IMG/VR virus record: IMGVR_UViG_3300044568_003707
Coordinates: 1 to 60,999 of that record
DNA: 60,999 nt
DNA from: a virus
Taxonomy: Duplodnaviria > Caudoviricetes
Direction: 5' to 3' (one strand)
Shown here: positions 9,741 through 17,211 of the stretch, piece after piece
Layout: every line of letters begins with the position of its first letter
Numbering within the stretch: position 1 is the stretch's first letter
The notes under the pieces: generated by a model
Databases searched by the model: none
Told to the model about the DNA's origin: nothing
What the model saw: only the letters and a program-made list of their open reading frames with translations
Program-made: the position numbers and the translations under genes

Positions 9741-10058
9741 ATGGAAGATAAAGATATACTGATGGAGTTTTTAAGAGGCGGATGGATTGTTGCGCTGATT
9801 GGAGCACTGGGTATGTTGGCAAGAACTTTCATGGATGGTGTAAAACGTTCTTTTACAGAACAAATTAAACGAATCATAGCAGCAGCAATATGTTCTACAA
9901 TAGCATGGTTTATTTTAGAACAAGTAGAAGTAAGTAGCTTGACAAAAGCAATTAGTTATGGCATAACTGGTGTGATAAGTCCAGAAATTCTTCAAGGTAT
10001 AACAGTATTATCAAAGAAATTTGCTAAGAAACCAGAAGATTTCTTGAAAAAAAAATAA
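9741..10058 (+). CDS. Small membrane protein (holin-like)
   Basis: About 3 hydrophobic segments and a basic C-terminus. Confidence 0.6.
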   Translation: MEDKDILMEFLRGGWIVALIGALGMLARTFMDGVKRSFTEQIKRIIAAAICSTIAWFILEQVEVSSLTKAISYGITGVISPEILQGITVLSKKFAKKPEDFLKKK

Positions 10059-10063
10059 TTTTT

Positions 10064-10138
10064 GCATCGGTAACTCAATGGTAGAGTATCTGTTTTCCAA
10101 ACAGAATGTTGCAGGTTCGAGCCCTGTCCGTTGCACCA
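10064..10138 (+). tRNA. tRNA-Gly(TCC)
   Basis: Cloverleaf; TCTGT-TTTCCAA-ACAGA; CCA encoded. Confidence 0.92.
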
Positions 10139-10257
10139 ATTTGCAAACGCCACGTCATTGGCGAAATTGAGGTTGACTCAAATGACAATTTTTTTGGCCA
10201 AAAAAGGTGAAGAAGTAGTAATTAAGCTTCTTGTGACCAAGCTGAAATGTAATACGT

Positions 10258-10335
10258 GATTCATTAGCACAGTCCGGTAAAGTGCGCCCTACGTTGAGTA
10301 GGGAGACGTGAGTTCAAATCCCACATGATTCGCCG
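10258..10335 (+). tRNA. Atypical or pseudo tRNA (TTG in loop, G33)
   Basis: D arm GCAC/GTGC; anticodon stem CCCTA/TAGGG with loop CGTTGAG; mismatched T stem; no CCA. Confidence 0.55.
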
Positions 10336-10406
10336 CGACCTACATTTCTAAAAACTTTATTGTAAATATGTAATGTTTTCGGACTTCAAGTCTATATTTA
10401 TTACAT

Positions 10407-10847
10407 ATGAAACAAAACCATAAGATCAAAGTATCGGACGCAGATGTAATTAAGGCATACAATTCCAAACTAACATTACACAAAGCCGCAAGTTTTCTTG
10501 GTGTAACTGTCATAACCTTATGGAGACGAGCCAAAAAACTCAATCTGGCTTGGAAAGACAAAAATTATAGAGGAACCAACAGTGGAACAAAAATTCCTTT
10601 ACAAGAAATTCTAGAAGGAAAACACCCCGACTATCAAACATTTAAGTTAAAAAACAGACTTATAGCAGATAAAGTAAAAATGAATAAGTGTGAAGTGTGC
10701 AGTATATCGGAATGGAATAATCGAGCATTAATAATGCAGCTTGACCACATAGATGGAGACCCGCATAATCATAGACTTGAAAATTTAAGAATGATTTGTC
10801 CAAACTGTCACTGTCAAACTCCAACTTGGTGCGGTAAAAACAAATAA
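10407..10847 (+). CDS. HNH homing endonuclease
   Basis: CEVC...LDHIDGDPHNHRLENLRMICPNCH; N-terminal HTH-like segment. Confidence 0.9.
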   Translation: MKQNHKIKVSDADVIKAYNSKLTLHKAASFLGVTVITLWRRAKKLNLAWKDKNYRGTNSGTKIPLQEILEGKHPDYQTFKLKNRLIADKVKMNKCEVCSISEWNNRALIMQLDHIDGDPHNHRLENLRMICPNCHCQTPTWCGKNK

Positions 10848-10854
10848 TTTTTAT

Positions 10855-10941
10855 GGGTATGTCGCATAGCGGCAATTGCAACGCACTGTAAATGCGTCGG
10901 CCTAACGGTCTCCGATGGTTCGAGTCCATCCATGCCCACCA
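10855..10941 (+). tRNA. tRNA-Tyr(GTA)
   Basis: Cloverleaf, long variable arm, CCA. Confidence 0.93.
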
Positions 10942-10953
10942 TTTTTAGAATAC

Positions 10954-11041
10954 GGAAAATTGGCAGAGTGGTCTAACGCAGGACTTTGCTAAAGTCCCGA
11001 TCCGAAAGGGTCCATAGGTTCGAATCCTATATTTTCCGCCA
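10954..11041 (+). tRNA. tRNA-Ser(GCT)
   Basis: Cloverleaf, long variable arm, G73, CCA. Confidence 0.93.
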
Positions 11042-11052
11042 AATTTATATAT

Positions 11053-11127
11053 GCCGAATAAACATAAATGGTAATGTGCTAGTCTTGTAAACTAGATAAG
11101 CGGGTTCGATTCCCGCATTTGGCTCCA
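11053..11127 (+). tRNA. tRNA-Thr(TGT)
   Basis: CTAGT-CTTGTAA-ACTAG; CCA. Confidence 0.92.
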
Positions 11128-11135
11128 CGATTTAT

Positions 11136-11211
11136 GCAGTAGTAGTTCAATGGTAGAATGCTTCGTTGCCAACGAAGAGGTCTGCGGGTTCAAGTCCCGC
11201 CTACTGCACCA
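11136..11211 (+). tRNA. tRNA-Gly(GCC)
   Basis: CTTCG-TTGCCAA-CGAAG; CCA. Confidence 0.93.
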
Positions 11212-11221
11212 TTTTTTAAAT

Positions 11222-11297
11222 GCCGTGTGACATAGCTGGTTGTGATGACCCCTCTGCAAAAGGGAGGAGATTGGTTCGATTCCAATACACGGCTCCA
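11222..11297 (+). tRNA. tRNA-Cys(GCA)
   Basis: Loop CTGCAAA; U73; CCA. Confidence 0.88.
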
Positions 11298-11300
11298 TTT

Positions 11301-11404
11301 TGTTGTGTAGTTCAGAGGTAGATCACTGACGGGATATGATGGTAAAAGACACCGAAAAAGTTCCCTATAAGCAGATGCCGATGGTTCGAGTCCATCCATA
11401 ACAA
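11301..11404 (+). ncRNA. tRNA-like RNA with enlarged anticodon arm
   Basis: Acceptor TGTTGTG/CATAACA; D arm; T arm GATGG-TTCGAGT-CCATC; ~50-nt structured arm replaces the anticodon arm; no CCA. Confidence 0.6.
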
Positions 11405-11414
11405 ATAATTTTAT

Positions 11415-11492
11415 GGCCATGTGACGCAACTGGATAGTCGTGTTACGCTTAGAACGTAAATGTTGGGGGTTCGAGTCCCTCCATGGCTACCA
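11415..11492 (+). tRNA. tRNA-Leu(TAG), short variable loop
   Basis: TTACG-CTTAGAA-CGTAA; 5-nt variable loop; A73; CCA. Confidence 0.88.
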
Positions 11493-11579
11493 TTTTGTCA
11501 ACGAAAAACGCGGACTGATAGACCGCAAGTAGTTTTAATCTCAAACAGGAAAAACTTATCTCCATGTGAGACGACAAAA
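11493..11579 (+). ncRNA. Structured inter-tRNA RNA, unknown
   Basis: Closing stem TTTTGTC/GACAAAA; inner helices GCGG/CCGC and TCTCA/TGAGA. Confidence 0.4.
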
Positions 11580-11587
11580 AATTTTAT

Positions 11588-11665
11588 GGGCGTGTGACGT
11601 AACTGGATAACCGTGTTTCATTCAAAATGAAAATTTTGTGGGTTCGAGTCCCACTATGCCCACCA
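11588..11665 (+). tRNA. tRNA-Leu(CAA), short variable loop
   Basis: TTTCA-TTCAAAA-TGAAA; 5-nt variable loop; CCA. Confidence 0.88.
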
Positions 11666-11667
11666 TT

Positions 11668-11789
11668 TTTGATAGTGTATGTGTTTTCGTCTCTAAAATC
11701 TTACGGCACATGGAAGACGTGTAACGGGTTCAAAGTCCGACCACTTTGCATTGAGCAGAGTGAGTAAGCCAACCATATACATTATCAAA
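11668..11789 (+). ncRNA. Structured inter-tRNA RNA, unknown
   Basis: 16-bp closing stem TTTGATAGTGTATGTG/CATATACATTATCAAA including G.U pairs. Confidence 0.55.
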
Positions 11790-11798
11790 TATTTTTAT

Positions 11799-11874
11799 GG
11801 GAGTTTGGTGAAGGCGGTCCTCACGTCGCACTGAAGATGCGAAGAAGTTGGTTCAATTCCAACAGCTCCCACCA
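11799..11874 (+). tRNA. tRNA-Phe(GAA)
   Basis: TCGCA-CTGAAGA-TGCGA; CCA. Confidence 0.92.
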
Positions 11875-11880
11875 TTTTAT

Positions 11881-11954
11881 TGAGATATATTGTAGTGGCA
11901 GCAAAAGAGTCTCTGAAACTCATAGCATTGGTTCGATTCCAATTATCTCATCCA
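11881..11954 (+). tRNA. tRNA-Gln(CTG)
   Basis: T1-A72; loop CTCTGAA; CCA. Confidence 0.88.
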
Positions 11955-12119
11955 TTTTATTATACAACAACTGCGGAGATAGTAATTCCAAAAAAGTTGT
12001 TACTGTATGAGTAGAAGATATCGTGAGTTAATTACTATATCACGTGAAGCGAAAAATATAGGATAATATAAAGGTGACGCCTCATCTTGAATGGGTTAAA
12101 TTCCCAAAGGCATTTTTAT

Positions 12120-12194
12120 TCCCATCGGGCTGGCATGGTGTTAAGCACGTGACTGTTAATCACGATAAGCGTGGATCGTTACCACGGGTGGGAG
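12120..12194 (+). tRNA. tRNA-Asn(GTT)
   Basis: CGTGA-CTGTTAA-TCACG; T loop ATCGTTA; CCA not encoded. Confidence 0.85.
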
Positions 12195-12305
12195 CTTTGG
12201 TGTGAATTGAACATGAAATAATACTGTTAATTCATATCGTTTTGTTCGAGTCCATGCAGATATATACAATCCAATTCATGGTAAATCTTACTGAAAAATT
12301 TATAC

Positions 12306-12384
12306 GGAAGCCAAGCTACAGTGGACGGGCATTCGACTCTTAATCGAACTATTCGTGTGGGTTCAACTCCCACGGCTTCCACCA
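12306..12384 (+). tRNA. tRNA-Lys(CTT)
   Basis: TTCGA-CTCTTAA-TCGAA; CCA. Confidence 0.9.
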
Positions 12385-12389
12385 ATTTC

Positions 12390-12466
12390 GAGCAAGAAGA
12401 GGCTGTTAAAGTCAGCATGGACATTACAAGATGCTAAATGGTGATAAGTGAATTCACATCTTGCTT
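12390..12466 (+). ncRNA. Structured inter-tRNA RNA, unknown
   Basis: Closing stem GAGCAAGA/TCTTGCTT. Confidence 0.35.
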
Positions 12467-12477
12467 AAAAAATTTAT

Positions 12478-12561
12478 GGTGTCGTCCCCATAGCGGCGAT
12501 TGGTTCCGGCTTTTAACCGGAAATATAAACATCGTGGGTTCGAGTCCCACCGGCACCACCA
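12478..12561 (+). tRNA. tRNA-Lys(TTT), enlarged variable loop
   Basis: TCCGG-CTTTTAA-CCGGA; 12-nt variable region; CCA. Confidence 0.88.
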
Positions 12562-12567
12562 TTTTAT

Positions 12568-12650
12568 AGCAGAGACAAGCCAAGGGACGCTAACTGCGCT
12601 CATAACGCAGCCGAAAGGTATGATGTGTTCGATTCACATCTCTGCTTCCA
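12568..12650 (+). tRNA. tRNA-Met/Ile2(CAT), enlarged variable arm
   Basis: CTGCG-CTCATAA-CGCAG; variable hairpin CCGAAAGG; CCA. Confidence 0.8.
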
Positions 12651-12657
12651 TTTTTAT

Positions 12658-12733
12658 CAGTGTGTGGTGCCAAAGGTTGGCGATTCCGCTTGGAACGGAA
12701 ATTATGTTGGTTCGAGTCCAATCACACTGACCA
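12658..12733 (+). tRNA. tRNA-Pro(TGG)
   Basis: C1-G72; TTCCG-CTTGGAA-CGGAA; CCA. Confidence 0.87.
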
Positions 12734-12796
12734 TTTTAACATACACAGTAGTCCTCTTGATTTATATCAATGACAATAATGGCTGTGTGAAACTTT

Positions 12797-12871
12797 GGGG
12801 TGGTAGCTTAATGGTGAAGCACCAGCTTGTCACGCTGTAGATTGCGAGTTCGAATCTCGTCCATCCCGCCA
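12797..12871 (+). tRNA. tRNA-Asp(GTC)
   Basis: Loop TTGTCAC; G73; CCA. Confidence 0.92.
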
Positions 12872-12905
12872 CTTTTACGATTTGAATATGGACGCATATT
12901 CATTC

Positions 12906-12986
12906 GTCGCGTCTGATTCAAGGTGACTGGCAGTCCTTGTGGCTGGGTTCTAGACTAAGTTGTTTCGACTACAACGGCGCGACACA
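12906..12986 (+). tRNA. Degenerate tRNA-His-like gene (8-bp acceptor)
   Basis: GTCGCGTC/GGCGCGAC; T arm GTTGT-TTCGACT-ACAAC; TTGTGGC loop on a poorly paired stem; ends ACA. Confidence 0.5.
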
Positions 12987-12998
12987 TTTAAATTTTAC

Positions 12999-13072
12999 GG
13001 GGATATAGTATAAGGGTATTACGCTGCTCTGTCTAAGCAGATATCGGATTTCGATTATCCGTATCCTCGCCA
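12999..13072 (+). tRNA. tRNA-Asp(GTC), second divergent copy
   Basis: CTGCT-CTGTCTA-AGCAG; G73; CCA. Confidence 0.85.
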
Positions 13073-13184
13073 TTTTGCATGTAGTAAAACATGAAATTAT
13101 GATTGGCCAACGAAAGAACTGAAATCATGACAGCGACGGTAAAGCTCCGGGTCGCTATATAAATTCTGGCGCTTACGATTTTAT

Positions 13185-13260
13185 GGGAATATAGTGAAAT
13201 TGGACATCACGACGCTTTGCGGAGGCGTTATTCTAGGTTCGAATCCTAGTATTCCCACCA
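13185..13260 (+). tRNA. tRNA-Arg(GCG)
   Basis: ACGCT-TTGCGGA-GGCGT; CCA. Confidence 0.9.
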
Positions 13261-13266
13261 TTTTAT

Positions 13267-13343
13267 GGAGACGCTGGCAAAGTAGAGCCGACCTCGCTTC
13301 GAACGAGTTATAACTATAGGTTAGAGTCCTATCGTCTCCACCA
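13267..13343 (+). tRNA. tRNA-Arg(TCG), atypical D/T loops
   Basis: CTCG-CTTCGAA-CGAG; T loop TTAGAGT; CCA. Confidence 0.78.
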
Positions 13344-13348
13344 ATTTT

Positions 13349-13502
13349 TGAGCGGCAGCGTGGAAGGACATGCAGCCTTGAGAAGTTCTATTACGCACAG
13401 TATATTGTACATAAAGCTGTGCCTCTGAAACGAAGCGATGACTACCTAATAGATCGGGTCAGATTCAATGTCATCAATAGGTATCAAACCCTACCCGCTC
13501 AA
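13349..13502 (+). ncRNA. tRNA-like RNA with ~100-nt central domain
   Basis: Acceptor TGAGCGG/CCGCTCA; D-like arm GCGT-GGAAGGAC-ATGC; T-like arm TAGG-TATCAAAC-CCTA; inner helices GCACAG/CTGTGC and TCTGA/TCAGA. Confidence 0.55.
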
Positions 13503-13509
13503 ATTAATT

Positions 13510-13713
13510 TTGAATAGCAGCTCGGAGTGTAGGAAAGTTTTTTCCTTTCCGGTACGAGCATGGGGTTAAACCATCAGCGGAAAAATAAGCAACGAAAAGC
13601 CTCTAGGTTCATAACAATATGTTAAATGGAAAAATAATAACATGTTGGAATTTATGCGTAACTAAGAAACTCGCTATAGTGTAGCTATATAAAGCAAAAC
13701 TACACCTATTCAA
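13510..13713 (+). ncRNA. Structured RNA, unknown (~200 nt)
   Basis: Closing stem TTGAATAG/CTATTCAA; several inner hairpins (GCTCG/CGAGC, GGAAA/TTTCC, GTGTAG/CTACAC). Confidence 0.45.
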
Positions 13714-13769
13714 TTAATTTTATGAGTTATAATAAAGTTTTGATATAATATATACTATATATATTATAT

Positions 13770-14012
13770 ATGAACATATCACCAATACAATCATCGGCTG
13801 AAACAAATAGTTCACCAGTAAACATTCAATCTGCGGCTAAAATATATAGTAAAAATAGCCCAGTATCACTCAGTACAAATGCATCTGGATTTTTTGCAAA
13901 TGCTGAAGCTGACGTTGTGCATGATCTTAAAAAAGCTTTGATGGCTGCAATAAATTGTGGAGATTTTGACAAAGCTATACATATTTTAAAATGTTTAAAA
14001 GAACTGGGATAA
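13770..14012 (+). CDS. Hypothetical protein
   Basis: 80-aa ORF with AT-rich leader. Confidence 0.6.
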   Translation: MNISPIQSSAETNSSPVNIQSAAKIYSKNSPVSLSTNASGFFANAEADVVHDLKKALMAAINCGDFDKAIHILKCLKELG

Positions 14013-14031
14013 TAATATATAAACAATTTAC

Positions 14032-14111
14032 AGAGAGTAAAGGGTACTGCCACTGGGATTATCGCGGTGGGTTCACGTAGCGTAATAAGCACACATGACC
14101 AAACACTCTCT
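14032..14111 (+). ncRNA. Structured RNA containing a 23S H44-like hairpin
   Basis: Closing stem AGAGAGT/ACTCTCT; GCGTAATAAGCACAC at 14080-14094. Confidence 0.4.
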
Positions 14112-14117
14112 AATATT

Positions 14118-14214
14118 TGAACAGAAGTCTAGTTGTTTGTAAAACAGGAGTCGGTGTAATCATATTGATGTTTTTCAACAGGCAACCGTGCGCGGAATAA
14201 TCGGGTGCTGTTCA
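14118..14214 (+). ncRNA. Structured inter-tRNA RNA, unknown
   Basis: Closing stem TGAACAG/CTGTTCA. Confidence 0.35.
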
Positions 14215-14221
14215 TTTTTTT

Positions 14222-14296
14222 GGCCCTATAGAATAGAAGTTAGTTCGCCTGACTTTCAATCAGGAGATGTGGGAGCGTTACCCACTGGGGCTACCA
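14222..14296 (+). tRNA. tRNA-Glu(TTC), atypical elbow
   Basis: CCTGA-CTTTCAA-TCAGG; D loop AG; T loop AGCGTTA; CCA. Confidence 0.85.
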
Positions 14297-14300
14297 ATTT

Positions 14301-14570
14301 TTGTTGAGGAGGTTGGCTTAGAGGCAGCAATCCTATAATGAGTAGAGTCCGTACTCCAAGCAAGTAAAAGTGCAGCGATGAATTCTTGAATTCTGCATTT
14401 TCCATTACCAACTATAATGGTTTTGCATGGAGGCAATTCAGACGATTGAACCGATAAGAACTAAGGAATTGACCTTAGCTCGGTGCCGAAAATGTAAGCG
14501 CAAGTATAGTTGTTATATATTTGGCCGCGAAACGGTATCAGCTCTTTTGGCGTAATAGCACACTCTTCAA
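14301..14570 (+). ncRNA. 23S rRNA L11-binding domain (H43-H44) mimic with 206-nt insertion
   Basis: GAGGAGGTTGGCTTAGAGGCAGCAATCCTATAATGAGT-[insert]-GCGTAATAGCACACTC aligns to 23S ~1053-1106. Confidence 0.75.
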
Positions 14571-14575
14571 AATAA

Positions 14576-14645
14576 CCCATGCCTGCACACGCAGGAAAGT
14601 TGGTATTTGGCACGGGAAACCGCCAACCATCTATCCTATCATGGG
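14576..14645 (+). ncRNA. Small structured RNA, unknown
   Basis: CCCATG/CATGGG closing stem; CCTGC/GCAGG and CGG-GAAA-CCG hairpins. Confidence 0.4.
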
Positions 14646-14656
14646 AACAATTTTAT

Positions 14657-14735
14657 GGCGATATCGTCTATGTTTGAAAAGGACAGGATATTCTCAATAT
14701 TCAGAGGTCGGTTCGACTCCCGACTATCGCCACCA
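14657..14735 (+). tRNA. tRNA-Glu(CTC)
   Basis: GGATA-TTCTCAA-TATTC; CCA. Confidence 0.82.
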
Positions 14736-14793
14736 TTTTATAATAAATAGTTCAAATTAGTTCAAATTCAAGATTTGAATGATATTTATGTAT

Positions 14794-15441
14794 ATGCACT
14801 ACTTGATATACAAGGTCACTAACAAAGTAAACAATAAAATTTATGTTGGTAAGCATAAAACAAATGACAAGAACGATAGCTATCTAGGGTCCGGCGCAAT
14901 TATTAAGAGGGCCGTTACGAAGTACGGTAAGGATGCTTTCCAAAAAGAAATACTTTACGAATGTGAAAACGAGGATGCGATGAACCGCAGAGAAGCCGAG
15001 ATAGTTGACGAAGAGTTCATAGCTCGTCAAGACACATATAATATAAAGCTCGGCGGTAATGGTGGATGGGACTTTATAAACAAGAATGCCCTTTTCAACG
15101 GAGTAAAACACCGCGCAGCGGCACGAGAAAATATAAAAAAAGCCAGTAAGGGATACAAAATTTGGTTTAAAAGTTTATCTACCGACGAGAGGGAAGAATA
15201 CATGGTAAAAAGGATGTTGGGAATTCGGCTATTTCAAGAGACGCATGGGGGCACTTTCAAAGGAAAGTCACACTCAGATTTAACGAAAGAAAAAATGCGA
15301 AAAGCGAGATTGGGTAAGGTGAGTGGAAAAGATAATCCATCATATGGAACAATGTGGATAACAAATGGTGTTGACAATAAGAAGATACACAGAGATACTA
15401 CGATTGCTGTTGGTTGGAAAAAAGGTAGAATAATAAAATAA
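14794..15441 (+). CDS. GIY-YIG/NUMOD3 homing endonuclease (Seg-like)
   Basis: LIYKVTNKVNNKIYVGKH; YLGSG; YNIKLGG; FKGKSHSDLTKEKM; GTMWITNG; GWKKGR. Confidence 0.9.
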   Translation: MHYLIYKVTNKVNNKIYVGKHKTNDKNDSYLGSGAIIKRAVTKYGKDAFQKEILYECENEDAMNRREAEIVDEEFIARQDTYNIKLGGNGGWDFINKNALFNGVKHRAAARENIKKASKGYKIWFKSLSTDEREEYMVKRMLGIRLFQETHGGTFKGKSHSDLTKEKMRKARLGKVSGKDNPSYGTMWITNGVDNKKIHRDTTIAVGWKKGRIIK

Positions 15442-15447
15442 TTTTAT

Positions 15448-15522
15448 TGGGATGTCGTATAAAGGCTATTACCTGCGGCTTTGACCCGCATGATCGTCGT
15501 TCAATTCGACGCATCCCAGCCA
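15448..15522 (+). tRNA. tRNA-Gln(TTG)
   Basis: TGCGG-CTTTGAC-CCGCA; CCA. Confidence 0.9.
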
Positions 15523-15616
15523 TTATATAGTTGACGGGTTGTAAAAACATATTCGAATTGTGTTTGATAAAACTTCGATACTCTCCATTTTTGTATATTA
15601 GTATACTTATAAAAGT

Positions 15617-15817
15617 ATGAGCGACATGACATCAAATAATTTGATTATACGCAGAATGATTGATAAGAAAACATCTTATACAGCAATTTTTTTAAAAGGA
15701 GAACAACCAAGAATTTTCCCTACAGATGATTATGAACATGCTCGTATTTTACAGATATACAAGCAAGATAGAAAATATGAAGGTATAATAAACGATTTTA
15801 CAGATTTTGATTTATAA
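15617..15817 (+). CDS. Hypothetical protein
   Basis: 66-aa ORF preceded by a TATACTTAT motif. Confidence 0.65.
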   Translation: MSDMTSNNLIIRRMIDKKTSYTAIFLKGEQPRIFPTDDYEHARILQIYKQDRKYEGIINDFTDFDL

Positions 15818-15820
15818 AAT

Positions 15821-15898
15821 GGTAGAGAAGCACAAGTAGTTATATGCTCTCGTTTGATAGACGAAGGACAGTGAGTGCAAGTCTCACCTCTACCACCA
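15821..15898 (+). tRNA. tRNA-Ile(GAT), atypical elbow
   Basis: Loop TTGATAG; D loop AG; T loop TGCAAGT; CCA. Confidence 0.8.
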
Positions 15899-16021
15899 AT
15901 TTTCTTCACCCGAGACCGCCTATCTCATGTAAAAATGATGATGGACTCAATCTGAAACTACAGATGATGACATATGACGATATGTATAGGGCAATCTTTT
16001 ATACGTTGACAAAACCATATT

Positions 16022-16365
16022 TTGTATTGTATATGTATACAAATGTTATCCGTATATAAAAAATATAAAATAGAATGCCAGTTTAGATTTGTAATAAAAA
16101 ATTATCCAAACGAATTTGATTTTGCATTGGTAGAAAAACATGGATGGTATTCACCAAAAAATCACGGCAATAATCCATTTGGAGTAAGCAGAGATCATAT
16201 CATGTCAGTAAAGTGGGGATTTGATAATGATATTGATCCGAAATATATTCGCCACCCCGCAAACTGTCAGTTATTGAAACACAACGACAATGTAAGAAAA
16301 GGAAAAAAAAGAATCAATAACACTTGACATTTTATTAGAAAAGATTAGAGTTTGGGATAGTAAAT
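16022..16365 (+). pseudogene. Truncated, frameshifted HNH-like endonuclease
   Basis: SRDHIMSVKWGF..IRHPANCQLL..N..K; an extra A in the A8 run at 16303-16310 shifts a plausible C-terminus (ESITLDILLEKIRVW) out of frame. Confidence 0.55.
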
Positions 16366-16372
16366 ATTTTAT

Positions 16373-16444
16373 GGGCTTATAGTGATAATGGCAGCACAGT
16401 TGATTTGCATTCAACAGGTTGGGATTCGATTTCCCATAGGTCCA
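16373..16444 (+). tRNA. tRNA-Ala(TGC)
   Basis: G3.U70; GTTGA-TTTGCAT-TCAAC; CCA not encoded. Confidence 0.88.
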
Positions 16445-16524
16445 GGTCCGAGTATAATCATAACCTCCACGCGGTTCGGACTGGAACAAGTATATTATAC
16501 TTGTACTAATAATGATTATTTTAC

Positions 16525-16603
16525 ACCAGGGTCGTCTAGCGGCTATGACAACTGCTTTACATGCAGTCTATAATCGGGGGTTCGAGTCCCTCCCTTGGTA
16601 CCA
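16525..16603 (+). tRNA. tRNA-Val(TAC)
   Basis: ACTGC-TTTACAT-GCAGT; CCA. Confidence 0.9.
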
Positions 16604-16673
16604 TTTAGCATATTGAGGGTAGCCCCTTGGTGGTGACGATATACCTTATCACGTCAAATTTTTAGAGTTTTTT

Positions 16674-16748
16674 CGGTGTGTAGCCTAGAGGACAGGCACC
16701 TGTTTTGGGAACAGGACCACGTGTGTTCGATCCACATCGCACCGACCA
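16674..16748 (+). tRNA. tRNA-Pro(TGG), second copy
   Basis: CCTGT-TTTGGGA-ACAGG; CCA. Confidence 0.92.
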
Positions 16749-16758
16749 ATTTTTTTAT

Positions 16759-16834
16759 GGCGTTTATAGTGTAGTGGTTCGCACACAAGTTTGTGAAACT
16801 TGAAGGACGATTTCGAATATCGTTGGACGCCCCA
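16759..16834 (+). tRNA. tRNA-His(GTG)
   Basis: G-1:C73; CAAGT-TTGTGAA-ACTTG; CCA. Confidence 0.9.
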
Positions 16835-16845
16835 ATTTGATTTAT

Positions 16846-16922
16846 AGGTGGGTCGCATAATTGGTATTGCAGCAGTCTCCAAAACTGCCACCCTGTGGGT
16901 TCGAGTCCCACCCCACCTGCCA
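16846..16922 (+). tRNA. tRNA-Trp(CCA)
   Basis: GCAGT-CTCCAAA-ACTGC; G73; CCA. Confidence 0.93.
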
Positions 16923-16986
16923 TTTATGTCAATACACAATAATTTATTGGCATAATAATTGCAATGATGTGTATATATTTAAAGAT

Positions 16987-17130
16987 ATGTCAAAGAAAAA
17001 AACATCAAAGAAAATTAAACGAGTATCAATGAAAGAAATTGTTGACGCATTTTATTCAGGAATTTCACCCAGTAAAATAGGTAAAATGGCAAAACAACTT
17101 GTAAAGCAACAAGATACCAGAAATTATTAA
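16987..17130 (+). CDS. Small basic hypothetical protein
   Basis: MSKKKTSKKIKR...; start moved downstream of tRNA-Trp. Confidence 0.5.
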   Translation: MSKKKTSKKIKRVSMKEIVDAFYSGISPSKIGKMAKQLVKQQDTRNY

Positions 17131-17211
17131 TTTTAGTTTTTATAACAAACGAATAAAAGTTTTAGAAGATAGTTATGTTGTGTATATACACACCAACCAA
17201 AATAAAATCAT

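Noticed and set aside
12906-12986. Selenocysteine tRNA (8/5 fold)
   Set aside because: No TCA anticodon or long variable arm; a G-1:C73 His-like acceptor explains the 8 bp.
14301-14570. True rRNA gene or host contamination
   Set aside because: Similarity covers only ~55 nt, is interrupted, and is flanked by phage tRNAs.
10660-16939. Short track ORFs overlapping tRNA genes (e.g. 10660, 11092, 11190, 12500, 12625, 14521, 15844, 16382, 16654)
   Set aside because: They are translations of tRNA or ncRNA sequence.
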